Source of the DNA: a virus
IMG/VR virus record: IMGVR_UViG_3300042386_001406
Span: 1 to 64,000 of that record
Length of the DNA stretch: 64,000 nucleotides
Reading direction: 5' to 3' (one strand)
Positions 39,345-49,581 of the stretch are shown one piece after another. The stretch's first letter is position 1, and each line of letters opens with the position of its first letter. The notes under the pieces are model-generated. The model was not told the DNA's origin, searched no databases, and was given only the letters and a program-made list of their open reading frames with translations. The position numbers were made by a program, and so were the translations under genes.

Positions 39345-40112
39345 ATGTTTTCAAATACTTATCCAAGAAGATTTTTCATGCCTGATGATCCAAATGATGG
39401 AAATGGACCTATAAACCAAGCTACACCAACACCTACCCCAACACCAGGACCAACATCCACTCCAACTCCAACTCCTACAGCAACACCAACTGGGGCTCCT
39501 ACTTTTACACCAACCCCAACTCCATTACCAACATCTACACCTACACCAACTGAAACTCCTATACCTACAGATACACCAACTCCAACACCAACTCCAACAC
39601 CAACACCACAATGTATTGACTTTGCTAGTCCACAACTAGTACAAGCATCACTTGTATCATTTTTAACTGATAGAGTACTTTACTATAAGTTAAATTTAGA
39701 GCAAACTCAAAAGAATATATATGGTGAATCATTAGAAAAATGGTATTATGAGGCTATAGAAACAAAAGGAGCTGTAACAAGAGATCCTGAAACTATAGAT
39801 AATGAAATGTTTGGACCTGATATAATGCAGCATATCACTATTCAGTTACCTGAGGCTGTATTAAATCCAAATAATCCATTTAATATAATAGTTCCTATAA
39901 ACATAATACCAGAAATAGGAGATATAATTTTTGATATTGGTAGAGAAAGATATTATGAAATACATAACATAGTAATAGACTATTATCCTATAGTTTCAAA
40001 TATTGGTGTTACAAGTCTAAGTTGCCCTCCAGTTAAAATACTGAAGTATGATTTAGATTGTTATATGACAAGAGTAAGTAGACTTAATTTATTACCTTAT
40101 AAATTATTATAA
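39345..40112 (+). CDS. neck/head-closure protein (T4 gp14-like) with N-terminal PT stalk
   Basis: YYKL...NIYGES, PEIGDII...YYEI; PT repeat at 39423-39608. Confidence 0.6.
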   Translation: MFSNTYPRRFFMPDDPNDGNGPINQATPTPTPTPGPTSTPTPTPTATPTGAPTFTPTPTPLPTSTPTPTETPIPTDTPTPTPTPTPTPQCIDFASPQLVQASLVSFLTDRVLYYKLNLEQTQKNIYGESLEKWYYEAIETKGAVTRDPETIDNEMFGPDIMQHITIQLPEAVLNPNNPFNIIVPINIIPEIGDIIFDIGRERYYEIHNIVIDYYPIVSNIGVTSLSCPPVKILKYDLDCYMTRVSRLNLLPYKLL

Positions 40113-41350
40113 TGCCTAAAACTAGAAAACCAAGACCAAAAAATCTTCGTGAGATATATGATGAAGCATTAGGCACTAATGCTCAAGATCCTAATTTAGG
40201 ATTAAGAGCATCAGATAACTTTGTCAATAGAGGAAACGAAGTATCTACAAAAGGTGATAGAACAAAAGATATATCCATTAGTATAATGGATATTGATACT
40301 TCTATTATTAAATATATTGAACAAAAAGTTAAACCATCTATAATGCAAGATGGTAATCGACTTCAAGTACCTGTAATGTATGGTTTCCCAGAGCGTTGGG
40401 CAACAATTCAAGAAAAAGGATTTTTAAGAGAATACTCAGGAAGATTTGTAGCACCTGTTATTGTATTGAAACGTGATAGTTTAGAGGCAAATAGAACTTT
40501 AGGAACTAAAATTGATGCTAACCGACCACAAAATATATATGCATTTGAAGTACCATATACAAAGAAAAATCAATACGATAATTTTGCAGCTCTCTCAAAT
40601 AGAATCCCTGTTAAGGAATATAGGATGGTTGTAATGCCTGAATATGTTACTTTAAAGTATAGTGCTGTTGTGTTTACAAATCATTTAGAACAAAATAATA
40701 AAATTATAGAGGCATTACAATATGCCGCTAACACATATTGGGGTGAAGAAGGTAGATTTCAATTTAGAGCTAATATTGGTTCTTTTACTACATCAACAGA
40801 ATATAGTGTAGGACAAGATAGAACAACAAGAACTAACTTTGATATCACTTTAAATGGATACATCATTCCAGACACAGTAAATAGAGATATTTCTTATCCT
40901 AAAAAATATTTATCAAAAGCACAATTAGTATTTAATTTAGAAACTGATGATGTAGATATATTCACTATTGGAACTACACCATCAAATACTGTTAAAAAAC
41001 AAGCTGTTAACTTCCCAACACCAGCTCAAAATATTGAGATTGTAGATGCTTCAAATGCTGTTGTAGCTTATTTAGCAGGTATTGTGACTAAAACTGGAGG
41101 TGACTTACAAATTATGAGTTACAACACTTTACGTGTATTAAATAGTACCATAACACCAGCACCACCTCCATTACCTCCTACTGATAAAACTGCTTTTGAG
41201 GTGGTAATCAACGCAACTTATATACCTAACAACCTTATTGTATCTGTAACACAAAATGGAGCTAATGTTGATATAGTTATTGACACAGTAGGATTAGGGT
41301 ACAATTTAACAACAACAAATGGAGTTTCAGTAGTTGGTAAATTCTCGTAA
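40112..41350 (+). CDS. tail terminator/sheath stabiliser (T4 gp15-like)
   Basis: VPVMYGFPERW, PEYVTLKY, NKIIE, LNGYIIP. Confidence 0.6.
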   Translation: MPKTRKPRPKNLREIYDEALGTNAQDPNLGLRASDNFVNRGNEVSTKGDRTKDISISIMDIDTSIIKYIEQKVKPSIMQDGNRLQVPVMYGFPERWATIQEKGFLREYSGRFVAPVIVLKRDSLEANRTLGTKIDANRPQNIYAFEVPYTKKNQYDNFAALSNRIPVKEYRMVVMPEYVTLKYSAVVFTNHLEQNNKIIEALQYAANTYWGEEGRFQFRANIGSFTTSTEYSVGQDRTTRTNFDITLNGYIIPDTVNRDISYPKKYLSKAQLVFNLETDDVDIFTIGTTPSNTVKKQAVNFPTPAQNIEIVDASNAVVAYLAGIVTKTGGDLQIMSYNTLRVLNSTITPAPPPLPPTDKTAFEVVINATYIPNNLIVSVTQNGANVDIVIDTVGLGYNLTTTNGVSVVGKFS

Positions 41351-41355
41351 AAAAC

Positions 41356-41628
41356 ATGGCAAATTTAATACAAGGATATCAGTTAGACATACCATTTTAC
41401 CTGAGCGGAAGTTCAGGTACATTTTTATTTAGTGGGAGTTATGTTGAAATTAATTCTATAACTTCTAGTACTGATTTCTTTATTATTAAAGATAATGGAC
41501 AACAAGTATTTAAAGTTAACAAACAGGGTGTTGTTGAATTTAAAGAGATTTTAAACACACCAACAGTTGTAACTGGAGGTTTATTTTATAGTGCCTCAGA
41601 TGAATGGTTTTTATATCATAGACAATAA
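41356..41628 (+). CDS. small structural protein
   Basis: C-terminus paralogous to the next gene (VNKQGV...PT.V.GG.FY). Confidence 0.55.
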   Translation: MANLIQGYQLDIPFYLSGSSGTFLFSGSYVEINSITSSTDFFIIKDNGQQVFKVNKQGVVEFKEILNTPTVVTGGLFYSASDEWFLYHRQ

Positions 41629-41634
41629 TTAATA

Positions 41635-42054
41635 ATGGGTACTTTTTTAAAAATAGCGCCCCAATACAGTAATGTTACCTTTAACTCTGTAGAAGCAAGT
41701 ACAATTATCTCTGCTACTTCAGCTTCATTTTCTTCAGCATCAGGTTACTTTACAGGTACATTTAGTGGATCATTTATTGGTTTACCTACTAGTAGTAATT
41801 TAACACCATTTAGTGTCACCGCCTCTAAAGGTTATTTAACATATACTAATACATCAACTTTAACAATAGTTAACACTGGGTCTACAGACAATATATTATC
41901 TATACAAAACTCAACAGGAAGTGCGTTTACTATTAATAATCAAGGAGTAGCTATTATGAAAGTATGTACAGGCTCAGCACCTACTCCAGTATTAGGTGGT
42001 ATTTACTTTGATTCTTACGATATGTATATTGGAATAGAGGACATAGCTCCTTAA
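41635..42054 (+). CDS. small structural protein
   Basis: S/T-rich; INNQGV...PTPVLGGIYF. Confidence 0.55.
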   Translation: MGTFLKIAPQYSNVTFNSVEASTIISATSASFSSASGYFTGTFSGSFIGLPTSSNLTPFSVTASKGYLTYTNTSTLTIVNTGSTDNILSIQNSTGSAFTINNQGVAIMKVCTGSAPTPVLGGIYFDSYDMYIGIEDIAP

Positions 42055-42073
42055 AATTAAAATATAAAACGCC

Positions 42074-43051
42074 ATGGCAGGTTGGAAAAAAATAATAGTA
42101 TCAGGTAGTAACGCGATACTTAATCAATTAAATGTTGGAACTAATCAACAAATTAGTACCTCTCCATCAACTACATTTTTAAGTGGTTCATTTAGTGGAT
42201 CATTTAGTGGTGTTTTTAGTGGTTCTACCAACTTACCTGACTTAACTCAAGGTACTGGCATTGTGCCATTTATATATGATGGTAATACTACAGCTACAGT
42301 AGCTGTTAGTGGTGCCTCTAGTTTAAATACTAATGCTATTACAAAGTGGACTGGTGATGCATTTGCTAATTCAAGTTTAACAGATAATGGTACTGTAATA
42401 TCTGGTTCTACTTCAATTGTATTAACCGGCGCTAATTCAAGTTTAACTGGTTCATTTAGTGGATCATTCAAAGGTGATGGTTCAGGATTAACTGGCTTAG
42501 CAACAACTTTAACTATAACTGGTTCAAACGGTTCAAGCGGCTCAGTTAGCTTAGTAACTCAAGGTTTAACAATTACAGGTACAGCTAATGAAATTGAAAC
42601 TTCAGTTTCTAACCAAACTGTAACTATTGGATTACCTAATGATATTATTGTTTCAAATGATTTAACTGTATTAGGTGACTTAACAGTTGCTGGTACAGCT
42701 AGTTTTAATAACCAAACATCACTTTTAATAGCTGATAGATTTGCTTTATTAGCTTCTGGTTCTAACACATTAACAGATGGTGGTTTAATTATAAGTTCAG
42801 GTCCAGGATTATCAGGTTCAGCTTGGTATTTAGAATCAACTTCAACTGGTGATTACGGAAGATGGGCTGTAGCTCCAAATGTTAATGCTGGTGAATCATC
42901 AGTAACAGCTGATGAATATGCTGTAACAGCTAAATTATCAGCTACTTCAGCTCCATCAGATGGTACACCTCCAACATGGGGTGGATCAACAAATGGTAAA
43001 GGTAATATCTGGATTAAAGAAGATACAGGTGATATTTATATATGGGCTTAA
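42074..43051 (+). CDS. fibre-like structural protein
   Basis: MAGWKKIIVSGSNA start shared with 43432; SFSG repeats; FKGDGSGLTG. Confidence 0.65.
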   Translation: MAGWKKIIVSGSNAILNQLNVGTNQQISTSPSTTFLSGSFSGSFSGVFSGSTNLPDLTQGTGIVPFIYDGNTTATVAVSGASSLNTNAITKWTGDAFANSSLTDNGTVISGSTSIVLTGANSSLTGSFSGSFKGDGSGLTGLATTLTITGSNGSSGSVSLVTQGLTITGTANEIETSVSNQTVTIGLPNDIIVSNDLTVLGDLTVAGTASFNNQTSLLIADRFALLASGSNTLTDGGLIISSGPGLSGSAWYLESTSTGDYGRWAVAPNVNAGESSVTADEYAVTAKLSATSAPSDGTPPTWGGSTNGKGNIWIKEDTGDIYIWA

Positions 43052-43329
43052 TAAATAAAATTACAAATACAGTTATGGGATTTAAGTTTAATAAGGTTTC
43101 AATTAAAGGTGAAACAGATAATAAAGAAAATATAGCAGAAGAGACAATTAAGTCTCAACCTGAAGTGGTTCAACAAGCATTGTTTGAACCACCATCTGTT
43201 CATTTAACTAAAGCTGAAGTTGAGACATTACTAATCATGGTTCGCCAAGCTTCATTTAAAGGTGAACATGTACAATTAGTATATGATCTTGTTTCAAAAC
43301 TTCAAAAATACTATACTCAGTTACCTTAA
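43042..43329 (+). CDS. small helical protein (possible fibre chaperone)
   Basis: LTKAEVETLL...FKGEHVQLVY...KLQ. Confidence 0.5.
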   Translation: MGLINKITNTVMGFKFNKVSIKGETDNKENIAEETIKSQPEVVQQALFEPPSVHLTKAEVETLLIMVRQASFKGEHVQLVYDLVSKLQKYYTQLP

Positions 43330-43341
43330 TTTTTTCATATT

Positions 43342-43427
43342 TATTACAAATATACTGTTGGCCGAAAGGAAGTAGGCATATACACGGCATAAGTGTATGT
43401 ATCTAACCACAGTTAAAATTTGTAATA
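43342..43427 (+). ncRNA. candidate structured cis-regulatory RNA (three-way junction) in fibre-gene leader
   Basis: Nested complementary segments, see findings. Confidence 0.55.
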
Positions 43428-43431
43428 TACT

Positions 43432-46400
43432 ATGCCAAATTGGAAAAAAGTCATTGTTAGTGGCTCAAATGCTACTTTAAACTCTGTAAATGTTACAACA
43501 AATGTTGTAGCTCAATCATTCACAGGCTCCTTACAAGGTACATCAAGTTGGGCTGTAAATGCTTTAACAGCATCTTATGCTGACAACTTCACAGTAGCAG
43601 GTACTTTAACAGCCCAAACAATTGTTGTCCAAACAATAACTTCCAGTACAGACTATGTTACTGGTTCAACCATATTTGGCTCTCAATTATCTAATACCCA
43701 TCAGTTTACAGGTAGTGTATCAATTACAGGTTCATTAACTGTTAATGGAGTAAGTAACTTAACAGCATCAAATGCTATAACAGCATCTTATGCTATAAAT
43801 GCTTTAACAGCATCATACGCTTTAACTGCTTCATTTTCTCAAAATGCTCAAACAGCATCTAATATTCAAGGTGGTGCTACTAACTATATACCTGTATTTA
43901 AAACACCTACCTCATTATCTAGTAGTGTAGTATATCAATCAGGATCTCACATTGGTATTAACATAACTAACTTTACAAGTGGTGACCCTGAAGCATTATA
44001 TGTTTTCCAAACACATCCTACATCATTCAATGTTATAACAGGTAAAGGTAACTCAAATAACTACTTACAACTTAACATACAAAATACTAACACTGGTACC
44101 ACTGCTTCTTCAGATATTGTAGCTACAGCAGACAACGGTACTGAAACTAGTAATTATATTGATATGGGTATCAATGGATCTAATTTCTCAGGTCCAATTG
44201 GTGATCCAAATGATGCTTATTTATATTCTGCAGGTAATCACTTACATATTGGTAATATAACACCTGGCCAACCATTACAATTCTTTGTTGGAGGTGATGA
44301 TACCAATTTAAATAGAAAATTACAATTAAACGATAATAACCAGCATAACATGACTGGTTCGTTAAATGTAAGTGGAAGCATTACAGCGTTTAGTTTTACA
44401 GGTTCACTACAAGGTACATCTAGTTGGGCTGAAAATGCTATAACAGCCTCTCACGCTGTAAATGCTTTAAGTGCCTCATATGCTTTAAACGCTACAAATG
44501 CTATAAGTGCATCATATGCTATAAGCGCCTCTCATGCTAACAACGCTACTAGTGCATCATATGCCTTAAATGCTACAAATGCCTCTACAGCATCATATGT
44601 TTTAAACGCAGTATCAGCATCATTTGCTACTACAGCTATAACTGCGTCATATGCTGATAATTTCACAGTAGCAGGTACATTAACTGCTCAAACTATTGTA
44701 GTTCAAACAATAACTTCATCTACTGATTATGTTACTGGTTCAACTATATTTGGTTCTTTACTCTCTAATACTCATCAGTTTACAGGATCTGTAAGTATAA
44801 CAGGTTCATTATCTGTAAATGGTTCAAATGTAATTCTTACTAACCAGACATCTTCAATGACTGTGTTAAGTAGTAGTTATGCTATTTCAGCATCATATGC
44901 TATAAATGCTGATTTCTTAGATGGACAAAATGGTTCAGCATTTGCAACTACTGGTTCAAATATCTTTATTGGTAATCAAACAGTAACTGGTAGTTTATTT
45001 ACTAATGGATCAAATACATTAGTTGGTTCTACTACATTAACTGGTAGTTTAAATATAACTGGATCTACTACTCAAACAGGTAATAATACTTTAATTGGTA
45101 ATACAACATTATCAGGTAGTATTATAATATCAGGATCTACTGGACCTGGTGCTGCAACAGCATCAGTACAAATATATGGTGATATTAGACAAACAGGTTA
45201 TCATAGATTTGATCCTGTAACTACAAATATAGATACTTCAATAACTGCATCTTATATTTTTGTAAGTGGATCTACAAACGACTTATATTTTTCTCAAAAT
45301 AGTGCTGGGTATAGTAACGTAACTCGTTTACGTTGGTTAGAAGGTAACTTATATACTGGTTTATTAAATGGAGGTTTAATTACAGCTGCTACAGGATCTA
45401 CTGTTTATCAAGTAAGTAGTGGTAGTGGTATTATTGTAAACTTAAATGCATCATTAAATGATAATCCGTACCCAACTATTCAGTATCTTAACTGGGGTAA
45501 TTTATCAGCTAGTATTGCTCCTTTAACAGCATCATATCAACAAGCTTTCGTTTCTATTGATTCAAGTGGTAATATTTACCAACAAGGAACACCTTATGCC
45601 GCAGGACAATTTGACACAGAAATTAACATAGGTGTTGTATTATTTCAAAACGGATCTACAATTAACGGTGTTAAAACACAGCCTACTGTAGCATACGGTT
45701 TTGAACAACAACAAAATATATTTAATAGAGCATTTGGACCTTTAAAATTATCAGGATATACTTTAGCACCAAGTGGCTCTTCAACAGGTAGTTTAATAGT
45801 AGCAAGCGGTACAGCTTACTCACCTGGTTCTAACTATCCTATAGATCCAAATAATCCATCCTACACTACTGATAGTGGAACTAATGTATCTAAAATCTTT
45901 AGATATAGACAATCAGGTTCTACTTGGGTATATGATACAAATGCCGGTTTAGGATATGGTGCAATAGACCCAACACAATACTCAGATAATGGTGTACTAA
46001 CAGCAGTACCAGGAACGGGTATTAATAGAGAATTTTCTATTCAAAGAGTATTTTATTTCCCTAACTCAGTTGCAAAAGCTATAGTCGTTTATTATGGTAA
46101 TGCTACATATGCAAGTCTAGTAGATGCAACATCAAATATTGCTTTTGAATCGTTTGTTGAAGCACCAAATACAGCAGCAAACGCAATCTATTTAGGAGCA
46201 ATTATTGTAAGAAATGACGCTAATTTTACAGTTACTGACTCATATGCTATTCAGGCAGGAGGTCTATTTAGATCAGTAGGAGGATCAGGAGGTGGAGGAT
46301 CAACAATAACTCAAACTCTATCCAGTTTATCTGATGTACTAATCTCAGGACCTACAAATGGTCAAGCATTAGTTTATGATACAACTGCTGCTAAATGGAG

Positions 46401-47808
46401 AAACTTATCATCTATTAGTGCTTCTATTTCAGGAAACGCTGCTACAGCAACAACAGCATCTTATGCTTTTACTGCCTCATTTGCTCAAAATGCTCAAACA
46501 GCATCATATGCTTTAACTGCTACAAGCGCCTCATATGCTTTAAATGCTCTAAGTGCTTCATATGCTTTAAATGCTACAACCGCCTCTCACGCTGTAAATA
46601 CATTAAGTGCATCATATGCCTTAACTGCTACAACATCATCCCACGCTATAAGTGCTTTAAGCGCATCATATGCCTTAACTGCTACAAGTGCATCATATGC
46701 AGCTACCGCCTCATCAGCAGATAACTTTACCGTTAGAGGTACTTTAACTGCTCAAACAATTGTAGTCCAAACTATTACATCATCTACTGACTTTGTAACT
46801 GGCTCTACACGCTTTGGAAGCTTATTATCAAACACTCACCAATTCACTGGTAGTGTTAGTATAACTGGAAGTTTAACTGCTATAGGAAATACTAATATTA
46901 CTGGTTCTTTAGGAGTAACTTCAACTGTATCAGCTTCACTTATATATCAGTCTCCAAACACAGGTAATGCTTTTACATCATTAGCAAGCAGTGGAAATAC
47001 TGCTTTAGTTACTATTTCTAGTACAGGAGCTACCATCAACATGGGTAGAGTAGGAGCAATAGGTTTACTTGCTAACTCTACTGATGGTGGTATTATAATG
47101 AATGATGGAGCATATCTTGGAGTATCATCAGGCACACTTAGAATTGGTAGTAACCTTGCTGCTAATAATGTTGTCATAGGTAATTTTGCTGGTTCAACAG
47201 CAACAATAAATGGTAATACTACTATAAGTGGTTCACTAACAGTATTCACAGGTAGCGCAGTTGAATTCCAAGTCACAAATACTGGTGTTAAAATAGGTAA
47301 TATAATTACCGATGTTCATACAGTAACAGGTTCATTAAATATCAGTGGAAGCGTAACCGCAACTAACTTTACAGGCAGTTTGTTTGGTACTGCAAGTTGG
47401 GCTAATAATGCTACTACAGCATCATACGTTTTAAATGCTGTAAGTGCATCGTTTGCATCTACTGCCTCAACAGCGAATAATGGGTTTACTATTGGTATCA
47501 CACAAACATACACCAATACAGTAGCATCATCAGTAGTAGGTTCAAATAATGTATTTACTCAAACAACAGGTTCTTACACATCCGCTTTCTACAAATACAC
47601 TGTGTCAAATGGTGCTAATGCTAGATCAGGTGAAGTAATAGCTGTATGGAATGGATCTTCAGCTCAATATACTGATTATTCAACATTAGATATTGGATCA
47701 ACATCAGGTGTTACACCATCAGTTTCTGTGGTTGGCTCAGATATTTTATTTAACATTACTACAGGTACATCAGGATGGAGATTAAAATCAACAGTAACTT
47801 ATTTATAA
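43432..47808 (+). CDS. long tail fibre / fibre-like adhesin
   Basis: (T/S)ASYA repeats; three copies of the AQTIVVQTITSS...NTHQFTGS module. Confidence 0.8.
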   Translation: MPNWKKVIVSGSNATLNSVNVTTNVVAQSFTGSLQGTSSWAVNALTASYADNFTVAGTLTAQTIVVQTITSSTDYVTGSTIFGSQLSNTHQFTGSVSITGSLTVNGVSNLTASNAITASYAINALTASYALTASFSQNAQTASNIQGGATNYIPVFKTPTSLSSSVVYQSGSHIGINITNFTSGDPEALYVFQTHPTSFNVITGKGNSNNYLQLNIQNTNTGTTASSDIVATADNGTETSNYIDMGINGSNFSGPIGDPNDAYLYSAGNHLHIGNITPGQPLQFFVGGDDTNLNRKLQLNDNNQHNMTGSLNVSGSITAFSFTGSLQGTSSWAENAITASHAVNALSASYALNATNAISASYAISASHANNATSASYALNATNASTASYVLNAVSASFATTAITASYADNFTVAGTLTAQTIVVQTITSSTDYVTGSTIFGSLLSNTHQFTGSVSITGSLSVNGSNVILTNQTSSMTVLSSSYAISASYAINADFLDGQNGSAFATTGSNIFIGNQTVTGSLFTNGSNTLVGSTTLTGSLNITGSTTQTGNNTLIGNTTLSGSIIISGSTGPGAATASVQIYGDIRQTGYHRFDPVTTNIDTSITASYIFVSGSTNDLYFSQNSAGYSNVTRLRWLEGNLYTGLLNGGLITAATGSTVYQVSSGSGIIVNLNASLNDNPYPTIQYLNWGNLSASIAPLTASYQQAFVSIDSSGNIYQQGTPYAAGQFDTEINIGVVLFQNGSTINGVKTQPTVAYGFEQQQNIFNRAFGPLKLSGYTLAPSGSSTGSLIVASGTAYSPGSNYPIDPNNPSYTTDSGTNVSKIFRYRQSGSTWVYDTNAGLGYGAIDPTQYSDNGVLTAVPGTGINREFSIQRVFYFPNSVAKAIVVYYGNATYASLVDATSNIAFESFVEAPNTAANAIYLGAIIVRNDANFTVTDSYAIQAGGLFRSVGGSGGGGSTITQTLSSLSDVLISGPTNGQALVYDTTAAKWRNLSSISASISGNAATATTASYAFTASFAQNAQTASYALTATSASYALNALSASYALNATTASHAVNTLSASYALTATTSSHAISALSASYALTATSASYAATASSADNFTVRGTLTAQTIVVQTITSSTDFVTGSTRFGSLLSNTHQFTGSVSITGSLTAIGNTNITGSLGVTSTVSASLIYQSPNTGNAFTSLASSGNTALVTISSTGATINMGRVGAIGLLANSTDGGIIMNDGAYLGVSSGTLRIGSNLAANNVVIGNFAGSTATINGNTTISGSLTVFTGSAVEFQVTNTGVKIGNIITDVHTVTGSLNISGSVTATNFTGSLFGTASWANNATTASYVLNAVSASFASTASTANNGFTIGITQTYTNTVASSVVGSNNVFTQTTGSYTSAFYKYTVSNGANARSGEVIAVWNGSSAQYTDYSTLDIGSTSGVTPSVSVVGSDILFNITTGTSGWRLKSTVTYL

Positions 47809-47820
47809 AAATATTAAATT

Positions 47821-47994
47821 ATGTTTGAAGTACAAATGCAATTTATCCCAGGAAATGATATGATTTGGGTTGCTAGATTAAATCCAGATGATCCTATCTA
47901 TCAATATGATAATGAAGCTGAAACACAAGCTAAAGCTGATGAATTACAAGCTAATGATCCAACAGGTAGAAAATATAGAGTAGTAAAAATATAA
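47821..47994 (+). CDS. small protein (57 aa, not in ORF track)
   Basis: MFEVQMQFIPGNDMIWVARL...TGRKYRVVKI; fills the gap. Confidence 0.7.
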   Translation: MFEVQMQFIPGNDMIWVARLNPDDPIYQYDNEAETQAKADELQANDPTGRKYRVVKI

Positions 47995-48000
47995 TTATTT

Positions 48001-48711
48001 ATGGGATTAAATTATGGACCAGTGTATACAAGTGTTTCCCAAATTAAGGGACCATCTGGATGGTACAATGTCCGAATAAATGGAGTTGTGGTTATTGTTT
48101 ATGTAAATCAAACTTATAGTGGAGGCGGATGGGTGATGGTATTAGCAAATAGTGCTAGTACTGGAGGAATGAATAATTTAACATACACTAACGCAGTGTC
48201 AGGAGTTAATTATAGATTAAGTGGAACAACAGTGACACCTGAGAGTCGTATAAATACTTCTTTAGCTAGCACTAATTGCTGGATTGGAGTAAGCTATTGG
48301 TTTGCTTTAGCAGGTAGATTAACATCAAATACTGTGACAGTATCTCAATTTGTATCTACTGTCAATGGTGATAGTATAGGTGGATCTAATACAAAACGAT
48401 ATAGATGGAGTTTTAATAGTTTTAACGCTACATATGGAATGGGAGGTGTAACAGCTATAAGTGATGAAACTGGAACTGGATCTCCTGGTTTTTATAGTTA
48501 TCATGCCGCTAATGGATTTTCATTAACAACTTATGATAATGATCAAGACGTTTATGGAGCTAACTGTTCTAATTTATATAATAATAATCCTTTCTGGTAT
48601 GGTGCTTGTTGGTCAGGAAACTATTTTGCAGGTGGAGGTTATGCTGATGCCCCTTATTGGGATGGTTCAGGAGGAGATTATCATAACTACGGAGCAGTAT
48701 ATATAAAATAA
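48001..48711 (+). CDS. fibrinogen C-terminal-like domain protein
   Basis: VYVNQTYSGGGWVMV; FSLTTYDNDQD...NCS...FWYGACW. Confidence 0.75.
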   Translation: MGLNYGPVYTSVSQIKGPSGWYNVRINGVVVIVYVNQTYSGGGWVMVLANSASTGGMNNLTYTNAVSGVNYRLSGTTVTPESRINTSLASTNCWIGVSYWFALAGRLTSNTVTVSQFVSTVNGDSIGGSNTKRYRWSFNSFNATYGMGGVTAISDETGTGSPGFYSYHAANGFSLTTYDNDQDVYGANCSNLYNNNPFWYGACWSGNYFAGGGYADAPYWDGSGGDYHNYGAVYIK

Positions 48712-48715
48712 AAAT

Positions 48716-48940
48716 ATGGGAAATTTATCATTACCACCAATGAAATTAATAATGTCTTTAAACCAAGATAATACTTGGAATAAGATTGTAACTTATATAT
48801 CTGATGGAAGTGTTGTGTCTGAAGAATTAAATTTATTTTTATCACCAGATGATATGAATAAAGAATATTTTGATACTTGGGAAACTCAAATGAAGTCTCT
48901 CCCTCTTTATAATATTGTTGAAGTAGAAAGATTTATATAA
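48716..48940 (+). CDS. hypothetical protein
   Basis: Tightly packed ORF. Confidence 0.55.
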   Translation: MGNLSLPPMKLIMSLNQDNTWNKIVTYISDGSVVSEELNLFLSPDDMNKEYFDTWETQMKSLPLYNIVEVERFI

Positions 48941-48941
48941 T

Positions 48942-49577
48942 ATGCCAATAGCATCAGGACCAAATATAACAACAGACGGATTAATACTAGTATGGGATGC
49001 AGCTGACAAAAACTCATACCCGGGATCAGGTACTACTATATACGATGTAAGTGGAAATGGATACCATGGAACTTTATATAATGGAGTAGGATATAGTACA
49101 GCAAATGGAGGTGTGTTAGTATTTGATGGTTCAAATGATTATGTGTTTGGTGGTCCTAATATGTCTTCAACTAATTACACTGTTATAGGAGCTGCTAAAT
49201 ACGTCTCTATAAGTGGTAGAGTAATAGCAGGAGCAAATAACTGGTTATTAGGACACTGGGCCGGTTACACAAACGATCATTACGCTGAAGGATGGGTTTA
49301 TTATAATCCTTCTATTTCAAATACAGCATGGGCAATATATACTGCTACAGGAAATATAGGTGCAGATAGCTATGGGTTTTATATGAACAATGTTTTATTA
49401 GCTCAAAATAATGGAGGTTCACAAGGACCTAATGGAATATCACTTGGTGCTGGAGGAGCTGGTGGATATGAATTTAGTAATGCACAAGTTAGTTTTATAT
49501 ATGTTTACAACCGTGTATTAACAACAGAAGAAATAACTCAAGTATATAATACACATAAAACACGTTACAATTTATAG
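48942..49577 (+). CDS. LamG/concanavalin A-like domain protein
   Basis: DGLILVWDAADKNSYPGSGTT...FDGSND...YNRVLT. Confidence 0.8.
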   Translation: MPIASGPNITTDGLILVWDAADKNSYPGSGTTIYDVSGNGYHGTLYNGVGYSTANGGVLVFDGSNDYVFGGPNMSSTNYTVIGAAKYVSISGRVIAGANNWLLGHWAGYTNDHYAEGWVYYNPSISNTAWAIYTATGNIGADSYGFYMNNVLLAQNNGGSQGPNGISLGAGGAGGYEFSNAQVSFIYVYNRVLTTEEITQVYNTHKTRYNL

Positions 49578-49581
49578 TAAT

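Noticed and set aside
43354-43413. Hammerhead or other self-cleaving ribozyme
   Set aside because: Lacks the CUGAnGA core; kept only as an unknown structured RNA
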